A DNA stretch of 64,000 nucleotides from an uncultured delta proteobacterium (lineage in GTDB: Bacteria; Myxococcota_A; Polyangia; Palsa-1104), in NCBI GenBank assembly GCA_963785725.1, contig CAWAWS010000016.1, positions 448,339 through 512,338 on the forward strand, read 5' to 3'. The translations under genes were made by a program, and so were the position numbers. How positions within the stretch are numbered: position 1 is the first letter of the stretch; every line of letters starts with the position of its first letter. The notes below the pieces were generated by a model that was given only the letters and a program-made list of their open reading frames with translations, was not told the DNA's origin and made no database searches. Positions 34,756 to 45,566 of the stretch are shown one piece after another.

Positions 34756-35538
34756 ATGAGGAACTTGGCTTTCCTAGTGCTCGCGTGCGCGGTGGGATGT
34801 GGTGGCTCTTCGTCCAGCTCGAACGGCGGAGGTGGCGGCAGCGCCGGGGGCGGTGGCAGCGCCGGTGGTGGCGGCAGCGCCGGTGGTGGCGGCAGCGCCG
34901 GTGGCGGCGGCGCCGGCCAGTCGGTCACCGTCAGCGGCACCGTGACGTCCGCCAGCGGCAACAGCACGGCGCTCTCGGGCGCCACCGTCGCCGTCGTCGG
35001 CACGAGCACGACGACGACGACGGCCGCCGACGGCACCTTCTCACTGAGCGCGTCGGCCGGTGCGAACCTCTTCTTGAACGTGAGCTTGTCGACCTACGAG
35101 ACGTGCGAATTCGGCCTGGTCGTGTCGGCGAGCGGCAACACCGGCGTGGCGCTGCAGCTCTTGCCGACCGCGACCGTGCAAGGCGCCATCGGCTCCTTGA
35201 ACCCGGCCTTGACGCTCGATCCGACCAAGGGCGTCGTCATCGTGCAGCTGCACTCCAACAACGGCAGCTCGACGGACATGAGCACCGTGGCCGGCTATGG
35301 CGTGACGCTCGGCGCCAGCCACGGCTCGTCGTTCGACCCCGACGCCGGCAGCTATGCGACGACGACGTCGGTCGGCAACAACTCGGGCGGCGTGCTCGTC
35401 TTCCCCAACGTCGTCACCGGCACGACGACGGTGACGGTCACGGCGCCGACGGGCCACGCGTGCACCGCCCAACAGGCGATCACGAGCTGGCGCGTCGACG
35501 CCAACGTCTTCAGCTTCGTCGACTACGACTGCAACTGA
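34756..35538 (+). CDS. Lipoprotein with carboxypeptidase-regulatory-like beta domain
   Basis: Lipobox 'AVGC', GGGGSA repeats, 'VSGTV...GATVAV...ADGTFSL'; GGAGG RBS. Confidence 0.75.
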   Translation: MRNLAFLVLACAVGCGGSSSSSNGGGGGSAGGGGSAGGGGSAGGGGSAGGGGAGQSVTVSGTVTSASGNSTALSGATVAVVGTSTTTTTAADGTFSLSASAGANLFLNVSLSTYETCEFGLVVSASGNTGVALQLLPTATVQGAIGSLNPALTLDPTKGVVIVQLHSNNGSSTDMSTVAGYGVTLGASHGSSFDPDAGSYATTTSVGNNSGGVLVFPNVVTGTTTVTVTAPTGHACTAQQAITSWRVDANVFSFVDYDCN

Positions 35539-35551
35539 ACGCGCGGCGTGC

Positions 35552-37183
35552 TTAGTAGCGCGCCTGCAAGGTGAGGTTGAAGCCGAGCTGGTTCGGATGG
35601 TCGAACTGACGGATCGACGTGCCGTCGGCGCCTTTGACGAGGTTCGTCTGGTTGGCGTCGTTCTGATAGTAGACCTGCAGGATGCACGCGAAATACTCGA
35701 GGAAGTCCTCGCGAATCTCGACCTTCGCCGACGTGATCGGCACTTCGCGCAGCGCGTGGCCGGCCGCGTCCGTCGCCGGCAAGATCGAGAGATCGCCCTG
35801 GTTACGCACGACGATCGTCGCGCCCGTCGTCAGCGTGCCGCCGGTGTTGCCCTGCAGCGGACCCGAGATCGTCTGGCCCGGCGGCGGGGTGAACGACGCC
35901 GGACGCTCGATGCCCGCCGACGCGCCCAGCGTCAAGCCCAAGCGATCGAGCAGGTAGTCGAAGCCGAGCACGCCGAAGATCTCGCTCGTCTCGGTCGCGC
36001 CCTTCGGAAAGTCCTGGTACGGCACCAGCGACGGCTGGTTGATGAGCACGAAGCTCAAGCTGCGCGTCTCGACGTCGCCGCGGAAGCGCCAGTGGCCCCA
36101 CTGCGCGCGCAAGTTGATGTCGCCGGCGTAAGCGGCCTGCGTCTTGGTCGAGTTCGGATGATCGACGTCCTGCAAGGTCGAGCCGAGACCGGTGAACTCG
36201 CCCGAGGCCAGCCAGTTGAAGCCTTTGCGATAGACGGGACGCTGGAAATAGCGCGACGCGGTCACCATCGGGTCGTTGCGATAGAGCGCGAAGTCGGCCG
36301 ACTGCGTGGGCGAGATGCCGCTGAACGCCGAGATCTGCAGCGTGCCGCCGTACGTCTGCACCGGATAGGACGTGAACGACTGGCCTTGCGGACCGACCGT
36401 CGTGCCGAAGAAGAGCGGGTTCGTGCCGCGATCGAAGTAGCCACCGTTGGCCTCGATGCGCAGATGCTCCGGCAGGATGTCGGCGCCGGCGCCGGCGAGC
36501 GCGCCGTACACGGCGACCTGCTCGTTGACGTCCGGGTTGTGGTCGACGAGCAGCGAGGTCTTGAAGCCGACGTAGGCGTACCAACGCTCGTCGCTGATTT
36601 GCAGTTTGGCGCCCGGCGACGGGTTGGTGTTGGTGACGAAGGCCGACGCGCCGATGGGCAGGTCGGGGTTGAACTTGAAGAAGATGGGCGAGCCGCCCCA
36701 GCTGATGCGGTAGCTGTAGCCGAGGCGCATGCGGTCGGCGTTGAGCGGGAACGTCGTGAGCGAGACGTTCATCTTGCGCGCGCCGTCCTGCTCGTGGTTG
36801 CGATCGAGCCACCAGGTCAGGCGGATGTAGCTGCCGTCGTCGATGGACGAGAGGTTGACGTCGGTGAACTGCAAGAGGCGCAAGACGTAGGCCGCTTCGG
36901 CCGTGAAGCGCGCCGTGCCCATCTTCTTGTAAATGACGAGATGGGTTAGGTTTTCATATCCCGTATAACGCGTATCGTAGTTATCGAAGAAGAGGATGCC
37001 GAGCGAGCTCGGCTGGCCGATGCGCACGCCCGGAACCGACGGATCGGTCTCGCCCGGCTTGACGAGCAAGTTCTCGTCGGTGAGCGTGAAGTTGAGGCGC
37101 GTGTCGACGTAGTCGCCGGCCCAAGCCACTTGTGTGGCCAAGAGCGAGGCCAGCATACACGTCGCGAATACAATACGGCGCAT
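35552..37183 (-). CDS. Predicted outer-membrane beta-barrel protein
   Basis: Signal peptide, aromatic-rich strands, C-terminal 'LGFNLTLQARY'. Confidence 0.7.
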   Translation of the reverse strand: MRRIVFATCMLASLLATQVAWAGDYVDTRLNFTLTDENLLVKPGETDPSVPGVRIGQPSSLGILFFDNYDTRYTGYENLTHLVIYKKMGTARFTAEAAYVLRLLQFTDVNLSSIDDGSYIRLTWWLDRNHEQDGARKMNVSLTTFPLNADRMRLGYSYRISWGGSPIFFKFNPDLPIGASAFVTNTNPSPGAKLQISDERWYAYVGFKTSLLVDHNPDVNEQVAVYGALAGAGADILPEHLRIEANGGYFDRGTNPLFFGTTVGPQGQSFTSYPVQTYGGTLQISAFSGISPTQSADFALYRNDPMVTASRYFQRPVYRKGFNWLASGEFTGLGSTLQDVDHPNSTKTQAAYAGDINLRAQWGHWRFRGDVETRSLSFVLINQPSLVPYQDFPKGATETSEIFGVLGFDYLLDRLGLTLGASAGIERPASFTPPPGQTISGPLQGNTGGTLTTGATIVVRNQGDLSILPATDAAGHALREVPITSAKVEIREDFLEYFACILQVYYQNDANQTNLVKGADGTSIRQFDHPNQLGFNLTLQARY

Positions 37184-37224
37184 TGATATCCCCTTGCAGA
37201 GTTTCGAATCGGTTTTCGAGGTTA

Positions 37225-38475
37225 TTAGTTCGAGACGGTTACGTCCTCTGGCCGCCGCGGCAAGAGGGTCCAGAAGTTGTACGCGCCCTTGTAGCAGAAC
37301 CCGTTGGTGCAGGTTCCGGCGGCGCAAGCGACGGTGGCCGAGCAGGCGATCATGTTGCCGTTGGCGTCGGTCTCGGGGTTCTGTCCCGAGTGGTTCTGCA
37401 GCATGCCGACGAACGTCGCCGTCTTGCCGATCAGCTGCGTCGGATCGAACGTGCCCAAGACCTTGGCCGGCAACTCGACGGCGATGTTGGTGAACGAGTC
37501 GCAGGTGCCGTCGCCGTCGACGACGAACTGGTTGTACGTCTCCCAGCTCTCGTCGGTCTTGGCGATGGTGGCGTCGTTCGTCGGGTTGGCCGGATCGGGA
37601 TCGCAGATCGTGCCGGTGTACTGCACGACGCCGGCGTCGTTGCCGAGCATCGTCGTGATGTTCGACAGGTCAGTGTAAGAGAGCACGACCGGCGCCGGCA
37701 CCGTCGCCAACGGCGCCGACTGGTCGACGTTGAAGAGCGGGAAGTTGAGCTCGGTGAAGCCGACGAACTTCGAGTAGTTGCCGCTGAACGACGTGACGAC
37801 CGCGCCCTCGACGATGTACGCCGGCGGCTGACCGAACGCGAACAGGTAGATGCTGTTGAACGTCGTCGCGCCGGTGTCGGTGACCGAGAAGGCATTGTCG
37901 AACACCGACGTGACGACGAACTGCCCGCCCGGCGACGGCGTGTCGAACGTGAGGAACTTGCCGTTGAACGGCGAGCAGAACGTGGCGTTGGCGGCGGTCA
38001 AATCGGCCGGCTTCTGCACCTCGGGCACGGTCGCGTTGCGGAAGTAGATCGTCGGCGACGCGCCGGTCGCACCCGACTTCGGATCCTCGATCCACAGCGA
38101 CGTCGAGCCGAACGCCGACGGCAGCGTCACCGTCTGGTTCATGAGCACGCCCTGCGTCAACGTGATCGTCTGAATGGGCGCGCCGTTGTCGGTAGCGCCG
38201 CACGACGTGTCGATGCCGGTCTTGACGCCGCCGAACGAGATGTAGACGTCGGCGGTCATGTCCTGCGCCACGACCGCACCCGTGTCGTCGCGCGCGATGA
38301 CGTTGAACGTCGCCTGCTGCACGTCGACGGGCGCCATCGGCGAGCCCAGCTGGCCGGCGGCCGGCGACAACAGCGTCACGTCGAGCGTCGAGACGTTGTG
38401 ACCGGTCAGCGACGCCTGATGATCGACGCAGCCGGCGGCCAACAAGAGGAGCGCGAACGGGCGAAGCTGGTTCAT
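37225..38475 (-). CDS. Cys-containing lipoprotein, possibly OB-fold
   Basis: Lipobox 'AAGC'; 'GNYSKFVGFTEL'; ATGA-coupled to the nucleotidase gene. Confidence 0.72.
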   Translation of the reverse strand: MNQLRPFALLLLAAGCVDHQASLTGHNVSTLDVTLLSPAAGQLGSPMAPVDVQQATFNVIARDDTGAVVAQDMTADVYISFGGVKTGIDTSCGATDNGAPIQTITLTQGVLMNQTVTLPSAFGSTSLWIEDPKSGATGASPTIYFRNATVPEVQKPADLTAANATFCSPFNGKFLTFDTPSPGGQFVVTSVFDNAFSVTDTGATTFNSIYLFAFGQPPAYIVEGAVVTSFSGNYSKFVGFTELNFPLFNVDQSAPLATVPAPVVLSYTDLSNITTMLGNDAGVVQYTGTICDPDPANPTNDATIAKTDESWETYNQFVVDGDGTCDSFTNIAVELPAKVLGTFDPTQLIGKTATFVGMLQNHSGQNPETDANGNMIACSATVACAAGTCTNGFCYKGAYNFWTLLPRRPEDVTVSN

Positions 38476-40523
38476 TGCGACACCGTGGTGAACATCTGCA
38501 AGCGGCCGTCGTGCGCCTGCACGTCGGCGCCGAGGCAAGGAACGGACGTGTAGTCGTACGTCGTCGGCACCATGCCTTTGGCGGCGCAGCCGGCGAGCGC
38601 CGAGCCCATGCACTGCGACGTGCAGTCGTAGGTCTCGCTCTGCGCGTCCTTGCAGTGCACGCCGATGACGTTGGTGTAGAGCGACGCGTCGGTGCAGCGA
38701 TTGTTGAGCCCGCGAATGTAGTCGGTGAGCGAGTCGCGCAGCGAGATGCCGGTGTTGAACTTGGTCGTGTTGCGCTGCAAGACGTCGAAGCCGGAGCCGC
38801 CGTTGGCGATGTAGTCGTTGACGGCGACGAGATATTCCTCGAACGGGTTGAGCGGCTTGCAGGTCGTGTTGTTGAACGTGCCGTCGGCGCCGCGGCAGGC
38901 GTTGCCGATGTAGATGTTCTTCGCGCACGGGCCGTGCGGCTGGCCGGCCGCGTCTTGGCGCGCGTTGCAGACGGGATCGTTGGAGACGCAGACGACGTCC
39001 ATGTAGATGCCGGCGACCTGCGCCTGCGTCACGCAGCCACGCTCGGACGAGCGCGCGGCCACGTCGTCGAACATCTCCTGCGTCTCGTTGCCCGACAAGA
39101 AGACCGTGGTGATGAAGTTGTCGAACGGGAAGACGTTGTACATCTCTTCCAAGTTGAGCGGACCGGACTCGAAGTCGGCGCGAATTCCCAGCGAATTGGT
39201 GACGGCGTACTCGGCCTCGACGCCGTGGTGCAGCTGCATCGACGTGGCCACGAGGTTGCCGAGCTGCGAGTCGCCGCCGTTCGGGTCGGTGCGCTGCGTC
39301 TTCGGGCAGTTGCCGGCGTCGTTCACCGAGCAGGGCACGTTGGCGTAGACCTGCGTCAGGTTGAGCGCCTCGTTCATCTCCAGCTGATAGGGCTCGAGCA
39401 AGTTGTCCATCGCCGGATCGGACGGGATCGAGTCGTCGATGGGGATGATGCGATACGTGTACGCTTTGACCGTCGACTTGTCGCCCGCCACCGTCGGATC
39501 GGCGATGTGCATGACGATGTCGAGGCGGCCGACATATTTCGCGAACGCGCCCGAGTGACAGAGCACGGTGTGACCGGTGACCGAGCCGTCCGTCGTCGAG
39601 ATGTGCGGCAGATCCTTGGGCGGATCGAGCACGATGTGCAGGTGGCCGCCGAAGATGACGTCGACGCCGTCGACGGCGACGGCGGTGTTCTGATCGGTCG
39701 CCTCGGCGTCGCCGGCGGCCACGCCCTCGTCCTCGTCGAGACCGAGGTGCGAGATGATCGTGAGCATGTCGACCTGCGGGCGCACGACCTGCACCTCTTG
39801 CAAGATCGCCTGCGTCGAGTCGATCGGGCGCACGCCGAGCGAGTTGCCGCCGGTGATGATGCCCTCGAGCGACGACAGGTTGCCGAGGCCGATGATGCCG
39901 ATCTTCAGGCCGTCGACGTTGACGATCGTGTAGTCGCCGATGACGTCCTGCAGCTTCGGCTGCGTGGGATCGGTCGGATCGGAGAACTGGTAGTTGGCGG
40001 CCATGATCGGCCAGTCGCCGAACTTCTGATACTGCTCCTCGAGGTTGACGGAGCCCTTGTCGAACTCGTGATTGCCGAGCGCCATCGCGGTCAGGCCGAT
40101 CTGCGACATGGCGCGCATCTCGACTTCGCCGTTGAAGGTGTTGAAGACCGGCGCGCCTTCCCAGATGTCGCCCGAGTCGACGTGCACCGAGCGCTCGGCG
40201 GGCTCGCCGATCTTGTCCACGAGGGTGTCACAAACGCCGCCCGCGTAAATGCCGCGGATGCACTTGACGACCGTGGACACGCGGCCGATACCACCGACCA
40301 CGGCGAAGTCTTGGCCCGACTTCGGCAAGAGGCCGAGCCCCTTGTCGACCTGTCCCGGCGCGAAATAGTAGGGATAAAAGCGCGAGTGCAGGTCGGCCGT
40401 GTGAACGAACGTGACGTGCACGTCCTGGCCGGCCAAGTTGGGCTCCGGATGCTGCACGGTGCAACCGGCGCGGACAGCAGCGCGGTTCCAGCCATTACAG
40501 TTAATGATTGAGCTTAAGCGCAT
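38472..40523 (-). CDS. Bifunctional metallophosphatase/5'-nucleotidase (probably a lipoprotein)
   Basis: 'HTADLHS', 'DSGD', 'GNHEFD', 'SHLG', 'GGHLH', 'NSLGIR', 'FPFDN', 'YIANGGSGF'. Confidence 0.92.
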   Translation of the reverse strand: MRLSSIINCNGWNRAAVRAGCTVQHPEPNLAGQDVHVTFVHTADLHSRFYPYYFAPGQVDKGLGLLPKSGQDFAVVGGIGRVSTVVKCIRGIYAGGVCDTLVDKIGEPAERSVHVDSGDIWEGAPVFNTFNGEVEMRAMSQIGLTAMALGNHEFDKGSVNLEEQYQKFGDWPIMAANYQFSDPTDPTQPKLQDVIGDYTIVNVDGLKIGIIGLGNLSSLEGIITGGNSLGVRPIDSTQAILQEVQVVRPQVDMLTIISHLGLDEDEGVAAGDAEATDQNTAVAVDGVDVIFGGHLHIVLDPPKDLPHISTTDGSVTGHTVLCHSGAFAKYVGRLDIVMHIADPTVAGDKSTVKAYTYRIIPIDDSIPSDPAMDNLLEPYQLEMNEALNLTQVYANVPCSVNDAGNCPKTQRTDPNGGDSQLGNLVATSMQLHHGVEAEYAVTNSLGIRADFESGPLNLEEMYNVFPFDNFITTVFLSGNETQEMFDDVAARSSERGCVTQAQVAGIYMDVVCVSNDPVCNARQDAAGQPHGPCAKNIYIGNACRGADGTFNNTTCKPLNPFEEYLVAVNDYIANGGSGFDVLQRNTTKFNTGISLRDSLTDYIRGLNNRCTDASLYTNVIGVHCKDAQSETYDCTSQCMGSALAGCAAKGMVPTTYDYTSVPCLGADVQAHDGRLQMFTTVSQ

Positions 40524-40597
40524 GGGACCTCGAGAGTCGTTCCTGTATGCGTCTGGAAGTAGCGCGCCTTCAAAAAAAGTTATACTGCGCACCCTAC

Positions 40598-42015
40598 ATG
40601 CGCCGGGCGAAAATCGTTTGCACGTTGGGCCCTGCTTCAAAAGAGCCCACATTCATCGGACATCTCATCGACGAGGGCATGAACGTCGCCCGGATCAACT
40701 TCTCGCACGGCGACCCGGAGGATCACAAGGCCGTGATCGCCGCCGTGCGCTCGGAGGCGGAAAAGCGCGGCCGTGCCGTCGCTGTCCTGCAAGATCTACA
40801 GGGTCCGAAGATCCGCGTCGGTCGCTTCGTCGCGGGCAGCATCGAGCTCGAGCCGGGCGCCGAATTCACGCTCACGACGCGTGAAGTGCCGGGCACGATC
40901 GACATCGCGTCGACGACATACAAGGGTCTGCCCGGCGACGTCAAGCCCGGCGACGTGCTCTTGCTCGACGACGGCCTCTACTCGCTCGAGGTCATCGAGA
41001 AGAACGAGACCGACGTGACGACGCGCGTCCTCATCGGCGGCACGCTGAAGAACAACAAGGGCATCAACTTGCCCGGCGTCAAAGTCTCGGCGCCGGCGCT
41101 GACCGACAAGGATCGCCAAGATCTACAGTTCGGCCTGCAGCTCGGCGTCGACTTCGTCGCGCTGTCGTTCGTGCGCAACCCGCCGACATCGACGAAGCGC
41201 TCGCGCTCGCCATTCGCCCCGACGGGCAAGCGCATCCCGATCATCGCCAAGATCGAGAAGCCCGAAGCGGTCGACTGCTTGGAAGAGATCATCGATCGCG
41301 CCGACGGCATCATGGTCGCGCGCGGCGATCTCGGCGTCGAAATGGGCGCCGAGAAAGTGCCGCTGATGCAAAAGCGCGCCATCGAGCAGACCAACGCCAA
41401 GGCAAGATCGTCATCACCGCGACGCAGATGCTCGAGTCGATGATCACCAACCCGCGCCCGACGCGCGCCGAAGCCTCCGACGTCGCCAACGCCGTCCTCG
41501 ACGGCACCGACGCGCTCATGCTCTCCGGCGAGACGGCTTCGGGCAAATACCCGCTGCTCGCCGTGCGCACGATGGCCACGATCATCGAAGAGATCGAAGC
41601 CTCGTCCCGCTTCAAGTCGCGCTTCGACGCCGCGACGCTCTCGTTCACCACCTCGGCCAACGCCATCGCCAAAGCCGCCGTCGTCGCGTCCCGTCAAACC
41701 TCCGCGAGCGCCATCGTCTGCATCACCGAATCCGGCGGCGTCGCCCGCCTCGTCTCCGAATACCGCCCCGAAGCCCGCATCCTCACCTTCACGTCCCAAT
41801 CCGAGATCTACAACCGCCTGGCCCTCTATTGGGGCATCGAACCGATCAAGGCCCCGCAAAGCCCGTCTTTCGACGCCCTCCTGGTCGACATCGAACGCCG
41901 TCTCCTCACGCAAAAGCTAGCCCCGCCCAACTCCACCATCATCCTAGTCGTCGCCGTCCCCATCGGCGCCGGCCAATCCGCCAACACCCTCCACATCCAC
42001 AAACTAGGCGCGTAA
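40598..42015 (+). CDS. pyk: Pyruvate kinase (frameshifts near 41180-41215 and 41400)
   Basis: 'KIVCTLGP', 'ARINFSHG', 'DLQGPKIR', 'IAKIE', 'MVARGDLG', 'PTRAEASD', 'MLSGETA'. Confidence 0.93.
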
Positions 42016-42021
42016 AAACGA

Positions 42022-42089
42022 GCAGCAGCCGCGCGTGACCCCACAAGCGGCAGCCGCGCGTGACCCACAAGCGGCAGCCGCGCGTGACC
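42022..42089 (+). repeat. Tandem repeat, three 24-25 bp units
   Basis: Core GCAGCCGCGCGTGACC at 42025, 42050 and 42074. Confidence 0.85.
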
Positions 42090-42164
42090 TCCCTTTCCTT
42101 TCACCAAATGTGGCTGGCTCCTCAGCCTCGCCGCTCGCCAACCGAACCAACGACAGGCCCGTCG

Positions 42165-42307
42165 GGCGGCGGCGCATGCGTGCTTGCTCGCGCACAGGCC
42201 TGCGCGCCCACGCCTCGCACGAGACATCTAGCCATCACGGCTCCCCGATCGAGCCACACCACCCGAGCGCGCAGCCGAGCACGAGCAAGCACGCATGCGC
42301 CGCCGCC
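42165..42307. repeat. Perfect 26-bp inverted repeat pair (MITE-like)
   Basis: 42165-42190 is the exact reverse complement of 42282-42307. Confidence 0.8.
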
Positions 42308-42419
42308 GTTCCTCGCCCATTGCCCACCGCGCCGTTGCCTGCCTACCGCAACCTGCCGCCGCCAACCGCGCACTCGCTCTCCACGCCACAAACATTTGGG
42401 CGCCCCACGCGAGTGGTTA

Positions 42420-42450
42420 TTGACATGCGTTTCACGCTCTTCTATACCCT
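42420..42450 (+). promoter_or_regulatory. Sigma70-type promoter of tRNA-Leu/gcv
   Basis: TTGACA at 42420, 17-nt spacer, TATACC(CT). Confidence 0.6.
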
Positions 42451-42462
42451 ACCGCGCATCCC

Positions 42463-42544
42463 GCGAGGATGGCGGAATTGGTAGACGCACTAGCTTGAGG
42501 TGCTAGCGGGTTAAACCGTGGGGGTTCGAGTCCCCCTCCTCGCA
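42463..42544 (+). tRNA. tRNA-Leu(GAG)
   Basis: Acceptor GCGAGGA/TCCTCGC, anticodon arm CTAGC-TTGAGGT-GCTAG, long variable arm, GTTCGAG T-loop. Confidence 0.95.
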
Positions 42545-42555
42545 CTCCAGCCATC

Positions 42556-43647
<1,092 letters not shown>

Positions 43648-43657
43648 GAGAGCGCAA

Positions 43658-44056
43658 ATGAGCACCGAATATCCGGACGATCTGCGCTACACGAAAGAGC
43701 ACGAGTGGGCGCGTGTCGACGGCAACGTCGTCACCATCGGCATCACCCGCTTCGCCGTCGAGTCGCTGGGCGACATCACCCAGGTCGACCTGCCCAAAGA
43801 GGGCGAAGAGCTGAAGAAGGATTCGGTCTTCGGCACCGTCGAGAGCGTCAAGGCCGTGTCCGACCTGTTCGCGCCCGTCAACGGCAAGGTCGTCAAGGTC
43901 AACGATCCGCTCGGCGACTCGCCCGAGTACATCAACGAAGACCCGTACGATGAGGGTTGGATGGTGCAGGTGGAAATGAAGGACAAGAAGGACCTCGACG
44001 GTCTCATGTCCTCCGCCGACTACCAGGCGTACTTGAAGGAACAGGAGTCGCATTGA
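43658..44056 (+). CDS. gcvH: Glycine cleavage system H protein
   Basis: 'YTKEHEW', lipoyl motif 'VESVKAVSD', 'DPYDEGW'. Confidence 0.96.
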   Translation: MSTEYPDDLRYTKEHEWARVDGNVVTIGITRFAVESLGDITQVDLPKEGEELKKDSVFGTVESVKAVSDLFAPVNGKVVKVNDPLGDSPEYINEDPYDEGWMVQVEMKDKKDLDGLMSSADYQAYLKEQESH

Positions 44057-45474
44057 GCGAGAGTCGTAACCGTCAGCGCTACATTCCGCACACCGACGAC
44101 GACATCAAGCAGATGCTGGGTGTCGTCGGCAAGCCGTCGGTGGAGTCGCTGTTCGCGCATATTCCGGCGCGGCTGCGCGCCACGCGCGCGCTCGACATCG
44201 CGCCGCTCGACGAGAACTCGCTGCTCAAGCACCTCGGCGACATCGGCGGCAAGAACAAGCCGGCCATCGGCGCGACCTATCGCGACGGGGCGGCGCTGTC
44301 GTTCTTGGGCGGCGGCGTCACGCCGCACACGATCCCGTCGGCGGTCGACATGCTCTTGCAGCGCAGCGAGTGGTACACGAGCTATACGCCCTATCAGCCC
44401 GAGATTTCGCAGGGCACGTTGCAGGCGATCTTCGAGTTCCAGACGATCGTCTCCGAGCTCTTCGGTCTCGATGTCGCCAACGCCTCGATGTATGACGGCG
44501 CGTCGGCGGCAGCGGAAGGCGTGTTGATGGCGCGGCGCGTGACCGGCCGGCGCCACGCCATCGTCGCGGGCGCGATTCACCCGCACTACACGCAGACGAT
44601 CGATTCCTACATGGCCGGCGAAGAGGCCGGCTCGCACGAAGACTTCGGCGCCATCGGCTTCGGCGACGACGGTCGCGTGGCGCACAAGGCGCTGGAAGCG
44701 GCGCTGGCCAAGTCGGACGACATCGCCTGCGTCGTCGTGCAGACGCCCAACTTCTTCGGCGTCGTCGAGGATCTGCCGGCGTTGGCGGCCATGGCGCACG
44801 CGCGCGGCGCGCTCGTCGTCGTGGCCAACACCGAGCCGGTGGCGTTCGGCCTCTTGCATTCGCCGGGCGCGCTCGGCGCCGACATCGTCGTCGGCGAAGG
44901 GCTCGGCGTCGCGATTCCGCCGACCATGGGCGGACCGGGCGTCGGCCTGTTCGCGGCCAAGTCCGAGCACATGCGGCAGCTGCCCGGCCGGCTCGTCGGC
45001 GAGACCACCGACCGCGACGGCAACCGCGGCTACGTCTTGACCTTGGCGACGCGCGAGCAGCACATCCGCCGCGAGAAGGCGACGTCGAACATCTGCACGA
45101 ACCAAGGCTTGATCGCGCTCGCGTTCACGATCCACATGGCGCTGCTCGGGAAGCGCGGCCTGCGCGAAATGGCCGAGCTCAACCTGGCCAAGAGCGAATA
45201 CGCCAAGCAGCAGATCGCCAAGCTCAACGGCTTCTCGCTGGCGTTCTCGGGGCCGACGTTCAACGAGTTCGCGGTGCGCGTGCGCGGCGGCGACGCCAAC
45301 GCCACCGTGGAGAAGTTGGCCGACCAAGGGATCTACGCCGGCGTGCCGGCGACGATGGCGGGCATGATGCCCAAGGGCACGCACGACGATCTGCTGATCG
45401 TCGCCGTCACCGAGCGCCACACGCAGGCCGACATCGACAAGCTCGTCTCCGCTTTGGATTGGGTGCAGTCGTGA
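44053..45474 (+). CDS. gcvPA: Glycine dehydrogenase subunit 1
   Basis: 'RYIPHT', 'YTPYQPEISQG', 'NASMYDG', 'REQHIRREKATSNICTNQ'; TTG start overlaps the gcvH stop. Confidence 0.95.
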   Translation: MSESRNRQRYIPHTDDDIKQMLGVVGKPSVESLFAHIPARLRATRALDIAPLDENSLLKHLGDIGGKNKPAIGATYRDGAALSFLGGGVTPHTIPSAVDMLLQRSEWYTSYTPYQPEISQGTLQAIFEFQTIVSELFGLDVANASMYDGASAAAEGVLMARRVTGRRHAIVAGAIHPHYTQTIDSYMAGEEAGSHEDFGAIGFGDDGRVAHKALEAALAKSDDIACVVVQTPNFFGVVEDLPALAAMAHARGALVVVANTEPVAFGLLHSPGALGADIVVGEGLGVAIPPTMGGPGVGLFAAKSEHMRQLPGRLVGETTDRDGNRGYVLTLATREQHIRREKATSNICTNQGLIALAFTIHMALLGKRGLREMAELNLAKSEYAKQQIAKLNGFSLAFSGPTFNEFAVRVRGGDANATVEKLADQGIYAGVPATMAGMMPKGTHDDLLIVAVTERHTQADIDKLVSALDWVQS

Positions 45475-45566
45475 GCGAACGCATGCGAGCGAACGTGAGC
45501 GAGGCTGGTAGAGCCCGCGGATCGAAGCTGTTCTCGCGCTGCGCCTACGCAGGAGGTGCCGCGTGA
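45471..45566 (+). repeat. MIRU-like intergenic element, copy 2, encoding a 31-aa bridging ORF
   Basis: ORF MSERMRANVSEAGRARGSKLFSRCAYAGGAA* with GTGA overlaps at both ends; homologous to 8968-9054. Confidence 0.7.

Noticed and set aside
34820..34915. GGGGSA-coding tandem repeats (also 3730-3785)
   Set aside because: Ordinary low-complexity lipoprotein linkers
41180..41410. Programmed frameshifting in pyk (likewise gcvPB and the kinases)
   Set aside because: No slippery heptamers at the break points, and the breaks are spread across unrelated genes
42310..42555. Glycine riboswitch upstream of gcvT
   Set aside because: The space is taken by the promoter and tRNA-Leu; no aptamer consensus was recognised
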